Origin: the human T2T-CHM13v2.0 reference genome, Homo sapiens
NCBI RefSeq assembly: GCF_009914755.1
Contig: NC_060934.1
Direction: 5' to 3' (one strand)
Length of the DNA: 64,000 bases
The position numbers and the translations under genes were made by a program. Of this stretch, positions 54,389 to 64,000 are shown in pieces. Each line of letters starts with the position of its first letter. Position 1 is the stretch's first letter. The notes under the pieces are model-generated. The model saw only the letters and a program-made list of their open reading frames with translations, made no database searches and had not been told where the DNA came from.

Positions 54389-56071
54389 ATCACGCTGACT
54401 GATAGACAACAAGCCTCTGTGGGCACTACCTTTGGAGAGGATCTGCCAAGAGACTGAGCAAAGGCTGTAAGCATTGTTCGTGGAATTGAGATTAATCTAA
54501 AAAATGGGCGTGGGGGTAATGGGACTCTGAAGTCTCTAAGAGAGCACTGTTTGGAGAAAGTTTCATAGAAAAGCACATGGGAAAAGGAAGGGCCGGGTCC
54601 ACATACCAACCCACCAGGGTGGGCTGCCGCCAGTATGACACACGTGTGCTCTCTCAAGCAGTAGCCATCAGACTACCTGCTGTCTACCGTCAGCTGACAG
54701 CAGGTGCTCTTCCCCTGCCCTGCCCTGCAGTTTGCAGCCTTCATTCTTGCTATGAAGCAGATGTATGAAGCTTGAGAATAAAAACGATGCTCTCATCTCC
54801 TCTGGCATACAGTCAATACTTGTTTTCCCAAGCTCCATTCCTCCCTAGACCTTCTTTAGTCTTCCAGAGAAAGAGGAAGAAGACTGGAGATTATAGTTTT
54901 ATGATTTAGACTGGTGAAGGCCTCTGTAACCATTCATCCCGAAGAAAGTAATAATGTAGTAAGGAACTATGAAGGGACTATGTGATGATGTAATTAATTC
55001 TTTTTGGGCAGGGATTCAAATGAATATTATTCAACCATCACAGGCAGTTTTGGTTTTAATCTCTGCAATATGTAGGCCATGTGCTGCTTCAAAAAGTATA
55101 GAGTCTTTGGTTTGACAAGTGACCCTTTTATTTTAAAACTAAATACATATTGGAAAAGTGGCTAATCTGGTGTTATCATAAAATTTTGATTTTATACAAT
55201 CAGTATTAATAAATAAAGAATTATTAAGTTTTAAAAGAAAAAACACTTGGAAATATAGAAGACCCTCCCCTTTTAAACAACTCCTCAAAGAAAAAGTGAA
55301 AACAAATGGCAAAAGTGTTAGAAAATGATAATCATAAAAACATGACATATGACTAAATATGTCATCTTTAATGCTTTACCCATCGAAATTAAATGAAGGA
55401 AAATAAGGGAACTAAGAGTCCAGTTCGATAAGTAGAAAAACAACTATAAACAAACCTAAGAAAATAGCAAGATAACAGAAATGAATAAGAAGATGGTATG
55501 AGGTTTTAGAAAATTACATGGTAATTTATTATAACAAAAACAAATAACAGAAGGAGACATATTTGCAATACATGTGTCTTTCAGGAAAAGCATGAATTTC
55601 TTCAGGTTTATTTTTAATAGAAAAATAATAGAAGTGCAAGAAGTCCACAGAAAAAGAAATACAAATGGCCAATACATAAATGCAATGATACTTGACTTCA
55701 TAAAGAAATTGTATTTAAAGTGGAAGTGTATTCAATATCACTTATTAGAATGCTAGGTAGTATTGCCAAAGATGTGGGGAAATAGCATCCCTCTACTGTG
55801 CTGGTAGAAGTGTAAATACAAACAGTTTTGGAGGACAATTTGACACTATTATTTTGGAAAGACATACAATAATGCATTTATTTTTTAATGTTTTTCATTA
55901 ACAGAAAAATTCTGAATTACAAAAGACAAATTTAACCTGCTTATTGATATTGTTTAGAGGTGAATATTTACATTTTATTTGATAATATATAATTTGGTCC
56001 TCTAATTGCTTAGGCACTTAGACATTAGGTAAGTTCTAGTGTCTCAAGCAACTCACAGAATAATATATTAA

Positions 56072-56072
<1 letters not shown>

Positions 56073-56115
<43 letters not shown>
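56073..56115. repeat. (TG)n microsatellite
   Basis: About 21 TG units. Confidence 0.95.
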
Positions 56116-56118
<3 letters not shown>

Positions 56119-56129
56119 GAGGACATGCC

Positions 56130-56233
56130 TTTTTTAAAATTTTACTTTAAGTTTTGGGATACATGTGTGGAATGTGCAGGTTTGTTACATAGGTATACAT
56201 GTGCCATGGTGGTTTGCTGCAACTATCAACCCG
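56130..56233 (-). mobile_element. Short L1PA 3'-terminal fragment
   Basis: TACTTTAAGTTTTGGGATACATGTG..GCAGGTTTGTTACATAGGTATACATGTGCCATGGTGGTTTGCTGC. Confidence 0.88.
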
Positions 56234-56970
56234 AATTTGACTCTATTAATTCTCCTGCAGATAACCTATCCTATGTATATACTCACAAAGTGATAATCCC
56301 AACAGAATACCAAAGTATGCATATGTGTGTGTGTGTGTATATTTATAAATTCATATGTATGTGCATATATAAATCTAAGAATCTATATTGCATCAAAGGC
56401 AACGCTTAAAACATTCTAAGTATACATGTTGAGGAACATAGTTTAATATATGATGAGGCATTTACAGAAAAGAATAGCAAGAAACTGTTTAACAATGAAT
56501 GAAGTTGATGGGTATATGCTTGATAGGGAAGGCTCTGCAAGAGTTATAGCTCATTTCTTTTTCTTTCTTGGCTACGTAGACGGGTTTTATGTAAGCTGAC
56601 TTATGGAAAGCACCCAGTGCTGTCTTCTTTTTTGTGGTTGTTTTTGACAGCTTTATTGAGTCATAATTCACACAGCATACTATTCATCCATTTGAAGTGT
56701 ACAGTCTGGTGGTATTTAGTCTATCCACAGAGTTGTGCAACCAACACCAGAATCAATTTTTGACCTCCTCATAAGAAATCCTGCATCCATTAGCGGTTAC
56801 TTCCCATTACCACCCAACCCCTGGCCCTAGACAATGACGAATCTACTTTTTGTCTCTGTATATTTGCCTCTTTTGGATATTTCATACAAATAGAACTATA
56901 CAATGGGTGGTCTTTTATGACTGACTTCTTTAATTTTGCATCATGTTTTCAGATTTCATCCATTATGTAG

Positions 56971-57514
<544 letters not shown>

Positions 57515-57976
57515 GAAACTCTATGTTTAACATTTTGAGGAAAGGCCAAACTGTTTTTCAAATTGGCTGTACCATCTTACAGTCCCATCACAATGCATGA
57601 GGGTTCTAATTTCCCCACAACCTCACCAAAATTTGTTATTATCTGTATTATATTAGAGTCATCCTAGTGTATGTGAAGTGATATTGTGATTTTGATTTCC
57701 ATTTCCATAATGCATTTTGAGCATCTTTTCATGTGCTTATCGGCTATTTTTATATTTTCTTTGGAGAAACGTCTATTCAGATCTTTTGCTCATTTTTAAT
57801 TGGTTATTTATATCTTTACTATTGGTCTGTAAGAGTTCTTTATATATTCTGGGTAAAAGTCCCTTTATCAAATATATGGTTTTCAGATATTCACTCTTAT
57901 TCTATGGATTGTCTTTTCATTTTCTTAATAAAATCACTTGCAGCACAAAAGTTGTTAATTTCTGTTGAAATTCAAT

Positions 57977-58324
57977 TGTATTAGTCTATTTTCATGCTGC
58001 TGATAAAGACATACCTGAGACTGGGTGGTTTAATGGACTCACAGTTCCACGTGGGTGGGGAGGCCTCACAATCATGGCAGAAGGCAAAGGGCACATCTTA
58101 CATGGTAGCAGGCAAGAGAGAGAATGAAAGCCAAGCAAAAGGGGTTTTTGCCCTTATAAAACCATCAGCTCTTGTGAGATTTACTCACTACCATGAGAAC
58201 AGTATGGGGGAAACTGCCCCCGTGATTCGATTATCTCCCACCAGGTCTCTCCCACACCACATGGGAATTATGGGAGCTATAGTTGAAGATGAGGTTTGGG
58301 TGGGGACACAGCCAAACCATATCA
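57977..58324 (-). mobile_element. THE1B/C solo LTR
   Basis: TGTATTAGTC..GCTGCTGATAAAGACATACCTGAGACTGGG..GGGGACACAGCCAAACCATATCA; TSD (T/C)CAAT. Confidence 0.93.
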
Positions 58325-58485
58325 CCAATTAATTGATTTTTTTCTTTTATCATGTGTGCTTTTGTTCTTGTATTAGAGGTCAAATGCAAGATCCCAAAGG
58401 TTTACTCCCAAGTATTCTTCTTAGGGATTTATAGTTTTAGCTCTTACATTTAGTTCTATGTTCTATAATCAAATATGATTCAACT

Positions 58486-58869
58486 TTTAAAAAGAAGAAA
58501 AGTTTGTCATTTGCTATCTGGAGGAACCTGGGCAACATTAGGCTGAAGGAAGTAAGTCAGGCACAGAAAGACAAATATCACATGATCTCATTTGTGTGTG
58601 GAGTCTAAAAAGTCAAACTTGTAGAAGTAGAGAGTAGAGCAGTGGTTACCAGGAGCTGGGCGAGGTGTTGCTTGGAAGGGGTAAATATTGGTCAAAGGGT
58701 ATAAAGTTTCAGTTAAACAGAAAGGATATGTTTTTGAAATCTATTGCACAGCATGATGACTATAGTTAATAATAATGTATTGTCTACTTGAAAAGTGCTA
58801 AGACAGTAAATCTTAAATGTTCTTTCCACACACACAAAAATGATAACTATGTGAAATGAAGAATGTGAA
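58486..58869 (+). mobile_element. L1MA8/9-like 3' UTR (its terminus reappears at about 60740-60780)
   Basis: AGGCACAGAAAGACAAATATCACATGATCTCA..GACTATAGTTAATAATAATGTATTG. Confidence 0.8.
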
Positions 58870-60355
58870 TGTATACCCAAAATAAAATTCTAAGGCCACC
58901 AACCAACTGAATAGACCCCTCCTCTCTGCCAAGGGCATTCTACAGTAAACCTAAAACACTAGTTCAGGCCATGATAGGCATAGGTGGCTGGACATACCTC
59001 ATTTCGTCAGCAGCGGAAAGTCTGTACAGGTCTGCAGCAACCTCAGTTCTTGCCTCCTCAGGAGAAATAATTCAACTGAGGGGGGGATAAGGCAGAGTGA
59101 GGAGACCAAGGCAAGTTTTACAGAAGGAGTGAAAGTTTATTAAAAAGCTTTAAAGCAGGAACAAAAGGAAATAAAGTGCACTTGGAAGAGGGCCAAGCGG
59201 GCGCTTGAGAGATCAAGTGAATGATTTGACCTTTGACTTAGGGTCTTACATGTTGGCATACTCCAGGGTTAAATTACTTCTCCCCTGAGTCTTCCCTTGG
59301 GGTTGTTTTCCCGTGTGCACAGTGGCCTGCCCGCCCTTGGGAGGGGCCGCGTGCACAGTGTGTTTATGAGGTTGTACACATGCTCTTTTGAGGCGCTCTT
59401 CCCTTACCAGTTGAATATTCCTAGAAGGTCATTTGCCAGTTAAACTCCACCATTTTGCATCTTAGTGCTCATGCTTGAGCCCACTCGCCCAATTCCTGAG
59501 ATCTTATTGGGAAGCTGCTGATCACCAGCTTCAGGTGTTTCTATCTATTGGGAGACAACCTTTCCCTGGCCCCCATGGCAACAAATTATTACTTTAGAGA
59601 GATGGCTAAAAAATGTGTGATCATCACCTACCTGATTGGTTGGGGGGGAACCTCCTCTGCCCTGTTCATGTCTGCCTCACTACCTACAGTAACAACTATA
59701 CCTTCCTTCCCTTGGAATTCAGTCATGGCTGACCAGTATTAACATTAAAACAGAGACCTTAAGAATGACAAAACAGACTCTATAGCAATTGGATACCAAC
59801 ATGACAGATTGTAGACTCTGAGAGAAATCAAAGTATTTTACCCTAAAATATATTTTTTGACATATTTTGAAATGGTCCTGCAAAGCTATCTCTTGTGGGG
59901 AAAATCTACATTATGTAGAGAATCCCCTTCCCTTCCCAGGTCTTTTTCTTGATCCAGGAGAAAATTAAGAGGTTGGCACCTTTTTAAGTCTGAAAAGAAA
60001 TATTTACCACCTATTCTCTCTGAAAACTGCTACCTGGAGGCTTCATCTGCATAATAAAAACCCTGGTTTCCACAACCCATTTTCTTAACCCAGACACTCT
60101 CTTGTATTGATTCCAGGTCTTTAATCAGAAAATTCTGGAATCCACCTATGACCAGGAAGTCCCCACTTCAAGTTTTCCCACATTTCTGAACTGAACCAAT
60201 GAATATCTAACATTTATTGATTGATGTCTTACGTCTCCCCAAATGTATAAAACCAAGCTGTAGCCTGACCACTTTGGGTACATGTTCTCAGGATCTCCTG
60301 TGGCTGTGTCATGGGCCATTGGTCGCTCATATTTAACTCATAATTAATCTCTTCA
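58870..60355 (+). mobile_element. MER4 (D/E-like) ERV1 LTR, interrupted and 3'-truncated
   Basis: TGTATACCCAAAATAAAATTCTAAGG..CTAGTTCAGGCCATGAT; resumes TTAACATTAAAACAGAGACCTTAAG..AAATGTATAAAACCAAGCTGTAG. Confidence 0.85.
59004..59694 (-). mobile_element. MER50-like ERV1 LTR nested in MER4
   Basis: GGTCTGCAGCAACCTCAGTTCTTGCCTCCTCAG..CACTTGGAAGAGGGCCAAG..TCATGTCTGCCTCACTACCTACAGTAACA. Confidence 0.75.
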
Positions 60356-60356
60356 T

Positions 60357-60723
60357 GTCAACCATTGTGGAAGACAGTATGGCAATTCCTCAAGGATCGA
60401 GAACCAGAAATACCATTTATCCCAGCAATCCCATTACTGGGTATATACGCAAAGAAATATAAATCATTCTACTATAAAGACACATGCACATGTATGTTTA
60501 TTGCAGCACTATTTACAATAGCAAAGACATGGAATCAACCCAAATGCCCATAAATGATAGACTGGATAAAGAAAATATGGCACATACACACCACAGAATA
60601 CTATGCAGCTGTAAAAACGTATGAGATCATGTCCTTTCCATGGACATGGATGAAGCTGGAAGCCATCATTCTCAGCAAACTAACACAAGAACAGAAAACC
60701 AAACACTATGTATTCTCACTCAC
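60357..60723 (+). mobile_element. Internal L1PA fragment truncated at both ends
   Basis: TCAACCATTGTGGAAGACAG through TATTCTCACTCAC; no 3'UTR end or poly(A). Confidence 0.88.
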
Positions 60724-60810
60724 TATAAATAAATATAGATATATGTAAATTTTATTATACTTCAATAACCTGGAAAAAAAGATTCTGCTTGAATTGAAAA
60801 GGTTCTCTTT

Positions 60811-61265
60811 GAACCAACCCAAAGACACATGCACACATATGTTTATTGCAGCACTATTTACAATAGCAAAGACATGGAACCAACCCAAATGCCCATCAGT
60901 GATAGATTGGATAAAGAAAATGTGGCACATACATACCATGGAATACTATGTAGCCATGAAAAGGAATGAGATCATATCCTTTGCAGGGACATGGATGAAG
61001 CTGGAAGCCATCATCCTCAGCAAACTAACACAGGAACAGAAAACCAAGCACTGCATGTTCTCACTCATAAGTGGGAGTTGAACAATGAGAACACATGGAC
61101 ACAGGGAGTGGAACAACACACACTGGGGCCTGTTGGGGTTTGGGGGTGAGGGGAGGGAATTTAGATGGCAGGTCAATAGATGCAGCAAACCACCATGTCA
61201 CACATATACCTATGTAGCAAACCTGGAACTTAAAGTAAAATTTAAAAAAAATTTTAGAAAAGAAA
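60811..61265 (+). mobile_element. L1PA (PA8-PA11-like) 3' end
   Basis: ORF2 end ([26 protein letters not shown]), 3'UTR, GAACTTAAAGTAAAATTTAAAAAAA. Confidence 0.9.
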
Positions 61266-61469
61266 AGTTTCCATTTGAAAAGCCATCTTTGATTTTTTTC
61301 TCTTTCACTTCAAAATTGTGATATCACTTTGTCAGCTAATACTGATGAATTTAAAGTTTTTTCCGCATCCTTGTTATGTAGATGCAGAGAATTAAGTTTA
61401 GGAGGGAAAAAAATAGCTCTAAAGAGGGAAAAGAGAATTATTGAAGAATTTTAGCCTATCGTTATAATC

Positions 61470-61650
61470 GTAGCTACCATTTATTGTGCACTTATTCTGC
61501 CTTGCATCTATTATTGTGTTTGATTTTAAAAACAACCTGTTTCACAGATTAGGAAACTGAGACTAGAAAGATTAAGTAATATCCCCAAAGTCATGCTATT
61601 TGTAAATGGTAGAGCTGGGATTCAGAATCAGATCTACCTGAATCTAAAAC
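61470..61650 (-). mobile_element. MIR
   Basis: TAGCTACCATTTATTG..CACAGATTAGGAAACTGAG..AGAGCTGGGATTCAGAA. Confidence 0.7.
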
Positions 61651-62687
61651 CCAAAGATAGATTACCGTTCATTCCTGAAGTGGTTCCCAACCTCCCATAG
61701 GGATTGTGCAGAAATTCTATGAAAAGCATCATACATTAGAGAACAAATACATGGATTTGTGCAGATAAAAGACATTATTTGCCCACATCGAGGAAGATCA
61801 GTTAGCAAATTCTTATGTCATTGAATATACTTCAAACAAGCACTGTGTTCACTTCTGCAAAGGTTATTCCTTATCACCGGGAATCAGAGGTAATGACGAG
61901 AAACTGTGGTTCATGTTGAATGCCTATTTGCTTCTCTCAAATCAGATTTCACATGTCTGTCAGCAATTTTTTTCCTATAGGACCACTTCTAGTCAAGGAA
62001 AAAAAAATATGACTTGGAAAAAAAAAACCCTCTCATTTCACCTCTAGAAGGAAATGAAGACACCTTCCGACCAGTCCTGCATGTTCAACTCTCTGGGACA
62101 ATCCTAGAATCAGATGTTAACCAAATAGCCCCCAAATACATGAAAAATGTTTAAAATGTTGAAAATGGAAAAGGATGAGACTGCTTTGGAATACAATTTG
62201 GGTTTATTCATTAACCAAAAGAAAGATGCATTTGTATTGATTATGCATCTACCCCAGACTGAAAAACACAGATGTAGAGGACTAGTTCTTAGCTGTAAGG
62301 CACCTCATTACTAATGCTGCATGATGGAGGTTTTACTATTGGGCAGAGGAGTGAAAGCGTGTGTTGTGAGAAAGTGGGTTTGAAGTCTATGCCCAACAAC
62401 TCCTAAGATGCTAACCTTGGAGAAATTACAAAATTCTTCAAATTTCAGTTTGTCTATAGAATGAGGATGCTAACAACTATACAATACATAGCCTCAAGAG
62501 ACCAGGGGCCTGGGCTTTATATTAGCTTATTTCCAGGTTTAATCCTGGTTCCTTCCTTTATTTCAACGGTGTGATATTGGACAAATAGCTAGGCTCTCTG
62601 GACCTCAGTTGTTTTCTTCTACAAATGCGGTTATTAATTTAAAAGGGTTTATAAGGATGAAGTAAGATAACATGCACATACAATTAA

Positions 62688-62857
62688 GGCTGGGCCCAGC
62701 ACAGTGGCTGACACCTGTAATCCCAGCATTTTGGGAGGCCGAGATGGGAGGATCACAATATAGTGATTCCTGGGATCACTATATTGCCCAGGAACTTGAG
62801 ACCATCCTGGGCAATATAGTGACACCTCGTGTCTGCAAAAAATAAAAAATAAATAAA
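62688..62857 (+). mobile_element. FLAM/AluJ left monomer with templated inverted insertions
   Basis: GGCTG..CAGTGGCTGACACCTGTAATCCCAGCA..ACCATCCTGGGCAATATAGTGA plus A-tail. Confidence 0.88.
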
Positions 62858-64000
62858 TTGAGCCTGCTCAGCTCATATTATATGCTGAAAAATGTGTGCA
62901 TCATTTATTGTTTATTGTCATCATTATGACCACTGCTACTGCTGCTACTATGTGAAACACCAAGTACGACGCCAGCCATAAAGTAGGAACTCAGTATAAG
63001 CTACTTCTTTCTCCCTACTTTATAATATGAAAGAATACTCATAAGGGTAATGATTATCCTTCCCCCCCCCATAGATAGGCATCTGCTCTTTGGCCATAAT
63101 GCAAATGTGGAATATTTATGGCTCTTTTTCACGAGCCCTGGGTGTAGCTGTGCTATTTCTTTCTCTTTAGCAGCTAATTTCAGAGTTTTAGTTGAATTAC
63201 TCAATGCACATTGCAGACAGCATGCCTTTCCTGGGTCAGTGATTTATACAGCTGATATACACAGAAGGAAAAGAGCTAAGGAGATGGCATGCCAATGTCC
63301 CTACTTTTTACATGGGAAATGTGTATTTTCAATTTAGAAACACCATGAAAGTCACTGGCCCCAGAGGCAGATACTATTTTTATCAAGAGAAGTTGGCCCC
63401 TCAAACTTTGTTTGCTAGCTGATTTTACTGCTCCGTGGGTCTCTTGTCTGGCTCCCCGCACTCCTTTCTGACTGGAAGTGAGATCTCGTTTCAGGGAAAT
63501 GCTTGGCTGGCGGGCAGGCAGGACACATTGTATAAAAAGCTAGTATCTGAAATTAAGATTTCAACCTGCTGTCCCAGCAGGAACTTCTTCCAAATTTTTC
63601 TTCCTAACCTTCAAACTAAATGAGAAACACCAAATTTTCTTTGAAAATAAAAGGTAAATAATGAAACATTTCCTTGGTTCTGATTAAAATGCACAGGCCA
63701 ATGCTTCCTTAACTTCCTTGTATGAGTGAGTCAAAGGATCTCAAAAAGAGGAGCTCAGATCACTTTCAAAGCACTTACCAGGGTAGAAGGGACTTCCCAT
63801 GTCACATGCTGTTGGTGGGAAAGAATGTGAAGGTCAAGTATTCCATGCTAACTTTGAGATACCATTGATTATACTCAGAGCCTCACGGGTGCCTACTACC
63901 ACTGAACAACACACCTCCTCCATATTATATTTGTGTTCCTGGAGTCAGGGATGTCTATTCTTTTTGCTTTCCTTCTACTTGAAAATGTTACAATGGACCC

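Overview
Repeat-rich genomic DNA from a catarrhine primate (human-like; it carries AluY/S/J, L1PA, THE1, MER4/MER50), most likely intergenic or deep intronic. I found no protein-coding gene I can support. The ORF track is explained by Alu/L1/LTR sequence, simple repeats or chance; the only real protein homology is dead L1 ORF2p C-terminal fragments. The window holds about 22 Alu/FLAM elements, young and ancient L1 fragments, MaLR/ERV1 solo LTRs, DNA-transposon MITEs, MIR/L2 relics and microsatellites, separated by repeat-free blocks that may be regulatory. I do not see a new multi-gene biological system. The most notable signals are retrotransposition and repair footprints: (1) an L1-mediated 3' transduction of about 345 bp of foreign unique DNA inside an MLT1D LTR (11960-12362); (2) a target site reused three times (L1PA, AluSc, and a tailless tRNA-Leu(AAG) 5' half), leaving four copies of one TSD (51286-53100); (3) template-switch hairpins in a FLAM; (4) a probable endonuclease-independent L1 capture; (5) several local duplications. 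A few candidate splice signals are also noted. Subfamily names come from recalled consensus features, not a RepeatMasker run, and boundaries of old repeats are approximate.
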